Origin: Tolypothrix carrinoi HA7290-LM1
GTDB taxonomy: Bacteria; Cyanobacteriota; Cyanobacteriia; Cyanobacteriales; Nostocaceae
Assembly: GCA_019358935.1 (NCBI GenBank)
Contig: JAHHIK010000012.1
Location: forward strand, 1 to 64,000
DNA: 64,000 nt
Direction: 5' to 3'
The notes under the pieces were generated by a model. It was not told the origin of the DNA. It did not search any database and saw only the letters and a program-made list of their open reading frames with translations. This document shows positions 7,170 to 16,767 of this stretch, in pieces (the first letter of the stretch is position 1; the number at the start of each line of letters is the position of its first letter). A program made the position numbers and the translations under genes.

Positions 7170-8183
7170 ATGACTAACACAGCGATTAAAAGTCAAACCA
7201 CCACTGAAGTACTCGACATTCCTAAACAGGGAATGCCAGTCACAATTATTACAGGATTTTTAGGAAGCGGTAAAACCACGCTGCTTAACCAAATTCTCAA
7301 GAATAAGCATGACTTAAAAGTTGCTGTCCTTGTTAACGAATTTGGGGACATTAATATAGACAGTCAGTTGCTCGTATCAATGGATGAAGATATGGTAGAA
7401 CTGAGCAATGGCTGTATTTGTTGCACAATTAATGATGGCTTAGTTGATGCTGTTTATCGAGTTTTAGAGCGAGAAGATAACATCGATTATTTGGTAATTG
7501 AAACTACTGGTATTGCCGATCCACTGCCGATTATCCTTACCTTTCTCGGTACAGAACTTCGAGATTTAACTAAAATCGATTCTATCATAACTGTGGTAGA
7601 TTCAGAGGCGTTTACCCCGGAACATTACGAAAGTGATGCAGCATTAAAACAAATAACTTATGCAGATGTGATTCTGCTGAATAAAACTGACCTCGCAACT
7701 CCAGAAAAGTTGGAGGAATTAGAAGCTTATATTCAGGATGTGAAAGGGGGAACCAGAATTTTGCATACTAGATATGGGGAAGTAGCGTTACCTTTAATTT
7801 TAGATGTGCAGTTGACTCCAATAGATGAGTATACTTCTAAAGTGTCAGAAGATACTCACGAGCATCATCACCATCATGAGCATCACTCCAATCATTTAGA
7901 AAATGATGGATTTGTATCTGTATCTTTTGAAAGCGATCGCTCTTTTGATATCCACAAATTTCAAACATTTCTTACCGAACATTTGCCAGAAAATGTCTTT
8001 CGCGCTAAAGGTCTACTTTGGTTCAGCGACAGCAACTTAAGACATATTTTTCAACTTAGCGGACCGCGTTATCAATTAGATGCAGATGAATGGAAAACTC
8101 AGCCGAAAAATCAATTGGTTTTGATTGGTAAGCATCTGGATAATAGCAAAATTCACTCTTTACTAAACGAATGTTTAGTATAA
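7170..8183 (+). CDS. COG0523 (CobW/ZigA-like) G3E GTPase metallochaperone
   Basis: GFLGSGKTT, GCICC, ETTG, NKTD, His-rich tract and C-terminal FRAKG. Confidence 0.93.
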   Translation: MTNTAIKSQTTTEVLDIPKQGMPVTIITGFLGSGKTTLLNQILKNKHDLKVAVLVNEFGDINIDSQLLVSMDEDMVELSNGCICCTINDGLVDAVYRVLEREDNIDYLVIETTGIADPLPIILTFLGTELRDLTKIDSIITVVDSEAFTPEHYESDAALKQITYADVILLNKTDLATPEKLEELEAYIQDVKGGTRILHTRYGEVALPLILDVQLTPIDEYTSKVSEDTHEHHHHHEHHSNHLENDGFVSVSFESDRSFDIHKFQTFLTEHLPENVFRAKGLLWFSDSNLRHIFQLSGPRYQLDADEWKTQPKNQLVLIGKHLDNSKIHSLLNECLV

Positions 8184-8191
8184 CCTTGAAA

Positions 8192-8206
8192 TGATTATCA
8201 TTATCT
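8192..8206. promoter_or_regulatory. Zur-like box
   Basis: TGATTATCATTATCT just before ATG 8211. Confidence 0.6.
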
Positions 8207-8210
8207 TAAA

Positions 8211-9452
8211 ATGGAAAATACTCCGCCCTCCTTACCGAATAAAATTGACCTAGCAATTATTGGTGCAGGTCCTCATGCATTAACATTAGTAACTCACTTG
8301 CTGCAAAAGCGGCAAAGTATGCAGGGTAAGTTTCTCGTGTTTGACCCTAGTGGTAAGTGGATGAGTCGCTGGAATCAACAATTTGCGGCTTTGGAAATTC
8401 CCCATTTGCGATCGCCTGCCGTTCATCATCCCGACCCAAATCATTTTGGCTTGCGTAAATTTGCTGAGAATCGCTCAACTGAATTACACGTACCTTATGA
8501 TTTACCGGGAACTCAGCTATTTGCAGATTTTTGTCAGGATGTAATTCATCGCTTTGCATTGCAGCAGCAAGTAATTCCCGGTTTGGTAACTCGCATTGAA
8601 CCTTTGCCTCACCTAATTCATCCTCGCTTGCGTTTGTGGTTGCAAGATGGACAATCAATTATTGCACGGCGGGTGGTATTGGCAACAAATAGCGCTAAAA
8701 TTCAGATACCCGATTGGGTAAACCAGATTGAGTCAGCGTATCCTGAAGATAGACTTTGCCACTCTAGCACCGTAGATTTACGTAAAATAGCCTTAACGGG
8801 TGAAAAAGTATTAATTGTCGGTGGTGGGTTAACCAGTGGACACTTGGCTGTAGGTGCCATTTCTCGTGGTGCAAAAGTTCACTTGATGATTCGCCGACAG
8901 TTGCAAGAAAAATTATTCGATGCCGAACCGGGTTGGTTGGGACCGAAGTATCTCAAGGGATTTTTTGCCGAACAAGACTATCAGAAGCGCTTTGAGATGA
9001 TTGTGCAAGCGCGTAACGGTGGTTCCATGACACCAGAAACGGGAATGCAGTTGCGCCGACAAGTACATAGTGGTAATCTGAAGATTGGCGAAAACTGTCA
9101 AATTGTCAAAGCTTCCTTCGTTGGTGAAAATTGGCGAGTCGAATGCAGTGATGGTAGTCAACATGAATGCAGTAGAATTTGGCTTTCCACCGGCACTAAA
9201 TTTGATGCCACATCTGAAGCTTTATTAAAAGAAGTTTTCGCAGCTTATCCAATCAAGATAGTTAATAATTTGCCGATTCTAGATGAACATTTGCGCGTTC
9301 CGGGTTGTGAATTATTTCTGATGGGTGGGTTAGCAGCTTTACAAGTCGGACCAACTGCGCGGAATTTATCTGGTGCGAGAATGGCAAGTGAAAAGATTGT
9401 ACCAGCAATTGTTAAATCAAGTCTCGCACTTTCACAGCTTAGAAGTGCTTGA
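8211..9452 (+). CDS. FAD/NAD(P)-dependent oxidoreductase
   Basis: IIGAGP, HLRSPAVHHP and IVGGGLTS motifs. Confidence 0.85.
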   Translation: MENTPPSLPNKIDLAIIGAGPHALTLVTHLLQKRQSMQGKFLVFDPSGKWMSRWNQQFAALEIPHLRSPAVHHPDPNHFGLRKFAENRSTELHVPYDLPGTQLFADFCQDVIHRFALQQQVIPGLVTRIEPLPHLIHPRLRLWLQDGQSIIARRVVLATNSAKIQIPDWVNQIESAYPEDRLCHSSTVDLRKIALTGEKVLIVGGGLTSGHLAVGAISRGAKVHLMIRRQLQEKLFDAEPGWLGPKYLKGFFAEQDYQKRFEMIVQARNGGSMTPETGMQLRRQVHSGNLKIGENCQIVKASFVGENWRVECSDGSQHECSRIWLSTGTKFDATSEALLKEVFAAYPIKIVNNLPILDEHLRVPGCELFLMGGLAALQVGPTARNLSGARMASEKIVPAIVKSSLALSQLRSA

Positions 9453-9468
9453 TTTGACTGCCTAAGAA

Positions 9469-9483
9469 TGATTATCATTATGA
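9469..9483. promoter_or_regulatory. Zur-like box
   Basis: TGATTATCATTATGA just before ATG 9485. Confidence 0.6.
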
Positions 9484-9484
9484 T

Positions 9485-10279
9485 ATGTTGCCAATAATTA
9501 CCGTCGTTGCCGGTTCGGTCGGCTGTGGCAAAACTACTTGGATTTCCCAACAGCTGGCTTTAAGAGAGGATGAAAACGTATTATATTTTAGTCCTGGTAC
9601 TGGCACTGTTCCCATTGACCAGACACGCATCGCTGCTCAATTTCCTACAGCTAAAGTCTTCAATGACACTCAACAAGCTGAGTTTATCAAGCAACTCGCT
9701 TCTTCGGATGCTGTCTACATAGAATTGGGGTTTTATTTGGAATTAAGCGCAGTAGGGCAAATATTAAATAATTTATCGTATCGAGCGATAGCGAAGCGCT
9801 GCTGCCTTCGGCAGATCGCCATCCTACCACCACACCTAAAAGATTCTGAATGGCATTCCTGGGCAAACGAAATTATACCAGGAGTTGATATTCAAACTAT
9901 GACACCAGGTAAATTGTGGCGTTTTTCCTGCACTGGTGAAGTTGTCGAGGAAAACAGCTTAGAAGAGTTTTGGTATGAAATAACACACGGCGCTTATCAA
10001 ACAGTCAACCGTGCTAAAGGCATTTTTAATGTCGATGATGGACGGTATCTCTACGCTGATTTTACTGCTGGTGTTAGCAAAAGTGATTTTATCGAATTAA
10101 ATTCACCCCGTCATTTAGAAGGTAGACCACAACGTTTTAGTGGGTTAGAAATTTTTGCCGAAAACTTAGATGAAGTCAACTTCAGGCAAACATTGCAAGA
10201 TTGCTATTTATCTGAATCCGCCATTTTATATTACCAAGAACAGGCGAAACAATTACTTACAGAGGAGATTCAAGCGTGA
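9485..10279 (+). CDS. Divergent COG0523-like protein (Walker A plus CobW C-terminal domain)
   Basis: GSVGCGKTT and VNRAKG are present; no CXCC or NKxD visible. Confidence 0.75.
   Translation: MLPIITVVAGSVGCGKTTWISQQLALREDENVLYFSPGTGTVPIDQTRIAAQFPTAKVFNDTQQAEFIKQLASSDAVYIELGFYLELSAVGQILNNLSYRAIAKRCCLRQIAILPPHLKDSEWHSWANEIIPGVDIQTMTPGKLWRFSCTGEVVEENSLEEFWYEITHGAYQTVNRAKGIFNVDDGRYLYADFTAGVSKSDFIELNSPRHLEGRPQRFSGLEIFAENLDEVNFRQTLQDCYLSESAILYYQEQAKQLLTEEIQA
9785..9819. repeat. 27-nt small dispersed repeat (SDR5-like) inserted in frame into a HIP1 site
   Basis: GCGAT-AGCGAAGCGCTGCTGCCTTCGGCA-GATCGC. Confidence 0.65.
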
Positions 10280-11085
10280 AAATAGCGGTTATATCATGTA
10301 TTCATGGCAACTATGAAGCCTTTGATGCTGTCTTGCTAGATATCGACAAACACTCATGCGAAAAAATCTATTGTCTCGGTGATTTGGTGGGATACGGTCC
10401 TCATCCAAATGCAGTTATTGCCCAAATTCGTTCTTTAGATATTCCCACTTGCGTTGGTTGTTGGGATGAAGATGTTGTTGAGGGATTGAACGCTTGCGAA
10501 TGCAGTTATCCTTCATTGTTAGCAGAGAAACGCGGACATTTAGCTCACGAATGGACAAATAAAGAAATTCATCCAGAAAACCGTACCTTCCTAGCACAAT
10601 TACCTTACAGTTTGCGTGAGGAAAATTTAGCTTTCGTTCACGGTAGTCCTCACAGCAACCACGAATATTTATTACCAGAACTCGATTCTTTTGTAGCGTT
10701 AGAACGAGTACTTTCTACAGGGGCAGATGTACTATTTTGCGGTCATACTCATGTGCCTTATGTGCGTACTTTAGATGCCGGAAACTTACAAATTCGTGTT
10801 AAAAGTAACAGCAAAGAACAGGAGATTAGTTTTAATGCATCTTTAAAGCGAATTGTCAACGTTGGTTCAGTGGGAGAACCCAGACATGGGCGATCGCACG
10901 CAACTTATGTTATTTATGACACCGAATCTCAACAAGTAACCCTGCGAGAAGTTCCTTACGACTACCAAAAAACTTGTGCAGCGATTATCGAAAAAGGCTT
11001 ACCAGCAATTTTCGCATGGCGTTTAGCGCAAGGATTGGAATATGCAGAAAAAGCTGACGATCCGACTCATGTTTGTATGAGATGA
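10276..11085 (+). CDS. Calcineurin-like metallophosphoesterase
   Basis: SCIHGN, LGDLVGYG, HGSP, GHTH and NVGSVG motifs. Confidence 0.88.
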   Translation: MKIAVISCIHGNYEAFDAVLLDIDKHSCEKIYCLGDLVGYGPHPNAVIAQIRSLDIPTCVGCWDEDVVEGLNACECSYPSLLAEKRGHLAHEWTNKEIHPENRTFLAQLPYSLREENLAFVHGSPHSNHEYLLPELDSFVALERVLSTGADVLFCGHTHVPYVRTLDAGNLQIRVKSNSKEQEISFNASLKRIVNVGSVGEPRHGRSHATYVIYDTESQQVTLREVPYDYQKTCAAIIEKGLPAIFAWRLAQGLEYAEKADDPTHVCMR

Positions 11086-11087
11086 GG

Positions 11088-11240
11088 AGTTAGTGGTTAG
11101 TGGTTAGTGGTTAGTGGTTAGTAGTATTTTGACAACTATCAACCATCAACCAACAACTATCAACCATCAACCATCAACTATCAACTATCAACCATCAACC
11201 ATCAACCATCAACCATCAACTATCAACCATCAACTATCAA
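11088..11240. repeat. Heptamer STRR-type tandem repeats (TAGTGGT / CAACYAT)
   Basis: Directly visible tandem 7-mers. Confidence 0.9.
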
Positions 11241-11246
11241 AATCAT

Positions 11247-11996
11247 ATGAAATGGGCTATTTTAAGTGGAATCGAAGGTAATCTAGCGGCTTATGAAGCT
11301 GTGCTGGCAGATATTAAGCGTCAAAGTCGCTCGATAGAAGCATTGTATATTCTTGGTGATTTAGTCGGACCAACACGAGAATCTGAAAAATTGGTAGAAC
11401 GGGTGCGTAAACCCTTCAGGGGAGAATTAGAACCCCTCGTTTGTAAGGGATGGTGGGAGGAGCAATGTTTAATTTTACACGGTCTTGGTGCTAACGGTGA
11501 ACCGACTGAGTTGATAGAGAAATATGGAGGAGAAACGGTAAAATTATTGTGGGAATCTGTTTCTCGTCAGACAGTGCAATGGATTAGAAACTTGGATTTT
11601 GGCTTCTTTGAACTGGATTGTTTGTTAATTCACGGAACAAGCGTATCTGTGAGCGAAAAATTAACACCTGAAACTTCGCCAATTATTATGTGCGATCGCC
11701 TCTCCCGAATGCAAGCCAATAACTTATTCTGTGGTCGTTCTGGTTTATCCTTTCAATACCAACTACAAGCAGGTTCCATCACCACAGCAGTCACCACCCT
11801 CGATAGTCAAGCTTATAATAATACCATCAAAATGACCCCAAGTCAAATTATTGGCGTAGGTAACGTAGGACGCACTCCCGGAGAAGCAACCTACACCCTC
11901 TACAACCCAAACGCAAATCAAGTCGAATTCAAAACTGTCCGCTACGGACAAAGCAAAGGTTTTGCAGTCCACAAAATTAAAGCTATTTCAAATTAG
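11247..11996 (+). CDS. Degenerate metallophosphoesterase paralog
   Basis: SGIEGN, LGDLVG, KGWWEE, CGRSG: metal ligands are altered. Confidence 0.8.
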   Translation: MKWAILSGIEGNLAAYEAVLADIKRQSRSIEALYILGDLVGPTRESEKLVERVRKPFRGELEPLVCKGWWEEQCLILHGLGANGEPTELIEKYGGETVKLLWESVSRQTVQWIRNLDFGFFELDCLLIHGTSVSVSEKLTPETSPIIMCDRLSRMQANNLFCGRSGLSFQYQLQAGSITTAVTTLDSQAYNNTIKMTPSQIIGVGNVGRTPGEATYTLYNPNANQVEFKTVRYGQSKGFAVHKIKAISN

Positions 11997-12134
11997 ATAC
12001 AAATAATTAGTTATAGCAATGCAAAATGATTCCTGATACTCTCTATATCTTTCTTTTCTTAGCGTCCTTCGTGTCTTCGTGGTTCGTTTTTCCGTTACCT
12101 GTGCGTAAGTCTTAAGTGCAAATCCGACAAACAC

Positions 12135-12668
12135 CTAAATAGTACAACGACAACTATCTAAAAGTGCGTTGAGTTTCCTTTTCACTTTCTGTGGATTTCG
12201 ACCTATCAGCAAAGCCACAATCACCGCTTCATCAGGATTTCTCCCAGTCCGCTTCACAGAAGCGATCGCATCAAAATTACATAACCCTCGACTGTAGACT
12301 AACCAAGCAGCAAGTACATGTCCCGTGCGTCCAACTCCACCAGAACAATGGACAACTACTTTCTCATTCTGTTGATTTGCGATCGCTAAAAATGGTAAGA
12401 TTTTCTCAGTCAAAGTTTCCAACTCAGCAAGCTGAAAATCCTCAATTGGTGCCCAACATACTCGCTCCATACCAAATTCCGACTGATATATCTCTAGCAA
12501 ATTTTCATAACGAGCCAACTGAGAATCAGAAAGCAAACAACAAACTCGTTGAATGCCTTGTTGCTTCATAAAATTTATCCAATCATAAACTTGCTGTCGA
12601 GATTTTCCAGGTTTTGCTGCACCGAATACAATCATTTCATTCTCGTCAGCCGCAGCAAATTTGTACAT
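12135..12668 (-). CDS. Dual-specificity/tyrosine protein phosphatase
   Basis: VHCSGGVGRTG (CX5R motif); probable start MYKF at 12668. Confidence 0.9.
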   Translation of the reverse strand: MYKFAAADENEMIVFGAAKPGKSRQQVYDWINFMKQQGIQRVCCLLSDSQLARYENLLEIYQSEFGMERVCWAPIEDFQLAELETLTEKILPFLAIANQQNEKVVVHCSGGVGRTGHVLAAWLVYSRGLCNFDAIASVKRTGRNPDEAVIVALLIGRNPQKVKRKLNALLDSCRCTI

Positions 12669-12692
12669 ATTGTGCATTCACATTTCCAACAA

Positions 12693-12970
12693 TCATCCTT
12701 CTTTGTAGATGCGACCTGCACCGAATCGACGAACATAGCGATCGCCAATTTTCAAGAGACCTGATTTGTGCATCTGGACACCGAGCTTCAAGACGCATCG
12801 AGGCACTGACTTCATTGATGTCCATTTCCCATGCACCCGTCTCAATGTCGATCGCCACAATTTTACCATAATTGCCTGCAACAAATGCGCGATCGCACCC
12901 TCGAAAAGTAGATTTCGTCACCGCGTCTCGCAAATTCTTCTTTACTGTAGTGGGGTTGTCGTACTGCCAT
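12693..12970 (-). pseudogene. Doubly frameshifted small protein of the 'GKIVAIDIETG' family
   Basis: MAVRQPHYSKEEFARRGDEIY... / VAGNYGKIVAIDIETG... / LLKIGDRYVRRFG lie in three successive frames. Confidence 0.65.
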
Positions 12971-13053
12971 AATCTTGTTCGGTTAAGCATGAATGGCATC
13001 AAAATTACTTCTATTTTATTTCATGCTCCTAACTGAAACCAAAAAATATTCAT

Positions 13054-13068
13054 TAATAACGATTATTA
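13054..13068. promoter_or_regulatory. Zur/Fur-like box upstream of the riboswitch
   Basis: TAATAACGATTATTA, a near-palindrome. Confidence 0.45.
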
Positions 13069-13161
13069 TTATTTTTACCTAACGCGAAGGGCGATCGCCA
13101 AATATTAAAAAATGTAATGTAAATGTTAATAAAATGGTAAAAGTGGTAAGCTACTTTAATG

Positions 13162-13282
13162 CGATCGGTTCTGATGGAAAGCCATCAGACGCAAGGGGGA
13201 AAGTTCGGTGTAAATCCGGCACTGTCCCGCAACTGTGATGAGACGTGGAATCTAGTCTCAGAGTCAGAATGCCCGCCGATAG
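13162..13282 (+). ncRNA. Cobalamin riboswitch
   Basis: GGGAAAGTTCGGTGTAAATCCGGCACTGTCCCGCAACTGTGA...AGTCAGAATGCCCGCCGAT (B12 box) upstream of a TonB receptor gene. Confidence 0.92.
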
Positions 13283-13645
13283 TAACATTAAACACCCATC
13301 TGCGAGGTACGGATGATACATCAGAATTTTCATGTCAGCTACAGATATAAGTTGCAATTCGTGCATTACTTCCAATCAAATACTGTTCTTATTTGTTAAT
13401 AATTATTCTCATTAATTATTTAGTGTCTTGGTAGTTTTGCTTTGAAAGCATTAAGACACTAACGGTCTTCATCGTCATAAGTCTGCTTTCGATAAAGCAG
13501 ATAGGAATGAGCGCAAAATCTCTCTTAAACTCTGTGTCCTCTGCGATCTGGTGCGGTTCGTCCCGTCCGTAAAGGAGTGCGTAAGTCCTGGCAGATTTAA
13601 ATTTTGTTTGCGGAATAAACGAATTAACTCACAGCGACAAGTCTT

Positions 13646-15694
13646 ATGTATACTTTTCGTGCAAGTATTTATTGGCAATTTTTCTTAATTGTCAACTTGA
13701 TAGCTATATCTACAATATTCAATGCGGGAAAGGTTTCTGCACAGAATACCCCATCAAATGAAATACCGACACCGGAAAAAGAAGCAGACATCGAATTAAA
13801 CGTCATCGACAAGCTACTGAATCAACCAGTCTTCTCTCCCTTTCGTACTGAAGGGACAGTGAAAGACTCAACCCGTCCTGTCTACGTGATTACAGGTGAA
13901 GAAATCGAAGCGCAAGGAGCTAGAAATGTCCGAGAAGCGATACGATTTCTTCCCGGAGTTCTTCCTGATGGAACTACTGGTACGGAAGTTCAAGCATTAA
14001 GCGGTCAATTCATTCGCGGTTCTAACAGCAGTCAAGTCTTGATTCTGTTGGATGGTAAACCGATTAACAACCTGGGTTCGGGTGGGTTTGACTTGTCAGA
14101 AATTCCCAGCAATATCATCGAACGCATCGAAGTATTACCGGGTGGTGGTTCTACCTTGTATGGTTCTGGTGCGATCGGTGGGGTAATCAATATCATCACC
14201 CGTCGTCCGACAGACAAACCCACTACTAAAGTGGAGGTGATTGCTGGTGCTTATGGATTGAACCAGCAGAGTATCCAAACTACCGGAAAAGCTGGAAATC
14301 TGGGATATTCTATCGGGTATAACCGCATTCAAGCTGAATACAATTATCCTTATTCGATTCCGGAAGCAAATTTTGAGGGAACAAGAAAGAATAATGATGT
14401 TCTTGCTAACAACTTCAACCTCAAACTCCAAGCAGATTTAGATAAGCGCAATACCCTGACATTTTCCGCACTTTATTTGGGTAAAGAACAGGGAGTTCCC
14501 GGAGGTGTCCCCATTCCCCTACCTGAATTTGGTCAGGGATATTTTAACAGCTTGACTGATAATAATCGCAAATACACCGACCAAGTACTCACAGATTTAA
14601 CTTGGAATTCTAAACTTGGACAAGGTGAAGATTCGTTACTTACCGCCAAATTTTACGCTGATTTTCTCAACACTAAATTTGAGAATCTGACACTACCAGC
14701 TTCATCACAGAGGTTTGACAATCAGCAAGATTCTTATGGAGTTCAAGTCAACCACAACTGGAAATTTGCCAGAAATCAAACTTTAACTTATGGCTTTGAT
14801 TATCGCAGCGTTGCCGCAAAAAATAGCACCTTCAATTATTCCACAAATCTCAACAGCATTACCTACGACGATAGTATTCAGCAAGGTGCAATCTTCGCTC
14901 GCTATGAAGTAGATTTAACGCCAAGTTTTAGTTTAAACCTTGGTTTACGACAAGATTTTAACAGCTTAACTAACGGTTCATTTACCTCGCCATCTGTCGG
15001 TACTAAACTTGCACTTTCTGACTCTACCACCATCCGCGCTAACTATATTAGAAATTTTCAAGCCCCCAACCTTTTCAACTTATACGCAAACGGTGGTACT
15101 TATGTAGGCAATCCCAATCTTAAACCGGAAAAAGGTGATAGTTACGATGTTGGAATTGACCAAAAATTAGGTACATTTGGCTTATTGCGTTTGACTTATT
15201 TCAACAACACCATCTCTGACTTAATCGCTTATAACTTCGCAGTTCCCGTAGCGACTTACGAAAATATTGGCTTAGTCCGCACACAAGGAATTGAGGCTTC
15301 ATTAAATCTCCAATTAGCCAATAATATCTACGCATTTGTGAATTATACGGCAAATGACCCCCGGATTCTCGAAAGTACAAATTCTGCGGAGGAAGATAAA
15401 GAATTAAGATTTGCCGGTGCAGATAGTATCAACGCGGGTATTTCCTATGAGAATTATAAAGGTTTATATGCAGGGTTCCTCATGCACTCATTAGGTGGAT
15501 ATCCTACAAATAATACCAATACGGAATCACTACCTGGTTACACAATATTTGATATAAAATTGCGAATACCTTTGAGTGAGCAATTAACAATTAATGGTAG
15601 CGTAGATAATATCCTTGACCAAAGATATCAGCTATTTGCAGGCTATCCTGATGCCGGGAGAGTTTTTCAAGTCGGATTGAACTGGAAATTTTAA
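13646..15694 (+). CDS. TonB-dependent outer-membrane receptor, probably for cobalamin (BtuB-like)
   Basis: Plug motif IERIEVLPGGGSTLYGSGAIGGVINIIT, NPNLKPE, terminal F; riboswitch upstream. Confidence 0.9.
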   Translation: MYTFRASIYWQFFLIVNLIAISTIFNAGKVSAQNTPSNEIPTPEKEADIELNVIDKLLNQPVFSPFRTEGTVKDSTRPVYVITGEEIEAQGARNVREAIRFLPGVLPDGTTGTEVQALSGQFIRGSNSSQVLILLDGKPINNLGSGGFDLSEIPSNIIERIEVLPGGGSTLYGSGAIGGVINIITRRPTDKPTTKVEVIAGAYGLNQQSIQTTGKAGNLGYSIGYNRIQAEYNYPYSIPEANFEGTRKNNDVLANNFNLKLQADLDKRNTLTFSALYLGKEQGVPGGVPIPLPEFGQGYFNSLTDNNRKYTDQVLTDLTWNSKLGQGEDSLLTAKFYADFLNTKFENLTLPASSQRFDNQQDSYGVQVNHNWKFARNQTLTYGFDYRSVAAKNSTFNYSTNLNSITYDDSIQQGAIFARYEVDLTPSFSLNLGLRQDFNSLTNGSFTSPSVGTKLALSDSTTIRANYIRNFQAPNLFNLYANGGTYVGNPNLKPEKGDSYDVGIDQKLGTFGLLRLTYFNNTISDLIAYNFAVPVATYENIGLVRTQGIEASLNLQLANNIYAFVNYTANDPRILESTNSAEEDKELRFAGADSINAGISYENYKGLYAGFLMHSLGGYPTNNTNTESLPGYTIFDIKLRIPLSEQLTINGSVDNILDQRYQLFAGYPDAGRVFQVGLNWKF

Positions 15695-15815
15695 GTTTTT
15701 TGTGATTTTTGTAATATTTGAGCGAAGAATATGTAAAACTTGTCATAAAAACTCCGCGTTACTTTGCGCTTACCTTAGCGTTTCTCTGCGTTTAAATTTC
15801 CTCCTTGAAAAAATC

Positions 15816-16688
15816 ATGAATGAATTTCAATCCTGGGTAACACCATTAAATCGCATCGTCACTGAAACTACTTTGACTGGTTGGAAAATTGAATACGAAC
15901 ATTTTGATTGCAACAGTGATACTCTCGCTTGTTTACTTTACACTTTATTCCAAGAAAATTGGCATCAAGTAGGGTTAGGACATATCGAACAAGGTAGCGT
16001 ATTAGAATTAGAATTTCACGAAGCACCAAAAAAATGCGTTCTTTACGATGGATATCTGACAATCATCGCTAAGGATTGGCACTTTCATTTATGTATTGAA
16101 GAAAATTTAGGTGGTCCTAATTCGGAAACACCTATAGAACTACGACAACAACGTTTAATTAATAAAGGTGCATTTTATCGTCGTCTTAATCCAGAAGGAA
16201 CACCAAAAACATGGGGAATTCAACTTTGGAATGGTGCGGGAGAACAAGCGATGACAATTTTCTTACCCAATCCTTACGTTGAAGATGAAAATCTATTACC
16301 TGAAGGGAAAGCTAATTTTACTAAATTAGAACTTTATCACGAACTTAGGGACATTTATGTATTAGGTAAAAAATCGATACCATTTGCTAAAAATCCCCTC
16401 AAATGTCCTTATATTGCAGTTTGTACTTCCGGACGCTGTTACCCGTCCCGAAATTGGCAACCTATATTTGAAGCGTTAAAATCAGCAGTAACCAAAGCAA
16501 AGTTAGATATTGATGTGAGAACTTCTGGTTGTTTAGAAGTTTGTAAACTTGGTCCTGTAGTTTATCATTCAGTTGATAGAACTTGGTACACTTGCGTTAA
16601 ACCAGAAGTAGCAGAAAGAATTGTTAATGAACATTTAGTTCAAGGTAATAAAGTTACTCAACATATATATCCATCAGACTCGGTTTAG
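15816..16688 (+). CDS. Putative HemS/ChuX-like domain fused to a thioredoxin-like [2Fe-2S] ferredoxin
   Basis: C-terminal VCTSGRC...SGCLEVCKLGP...WY; N-terminal WHFHLC...WGIQLWN; the N-terminal fold is inferred. Confidence 0.7.
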   Translation: MNEFQSWVTPLNRIVTETTLTGWKIEYEHFDCNSDTLACLLYTLFQENWHQVGLGHIEQGSVLELEFHEAPKKCVLYDGYLTIIAKDWHFHLCIEENLGGPNSETPIELRQQRLINKGAFYRRLNPEGTPKTWGIQLWNGAGEQAMTIFLPNPYVEDENLLPEGKANFTKLELYHELRDIYVLGKKSIPFAKNPLKCPYIAVCTSGRCYPSRNWQPIFEALKSAVTKAKLDIDVRTSGCLEVCKLGPVVYHSVDRTWYTCVKPEVAERIVNEHLVQGNKVTQHIYPSDSV

Positions 16689-16767
16689 GAATTATCTCAC
16701 GCAAAGTTTCTTCAACTTTTAGTGTTGAAAGCGGGAGAATTTTTTACTTAGTACATTCTTTCATATA

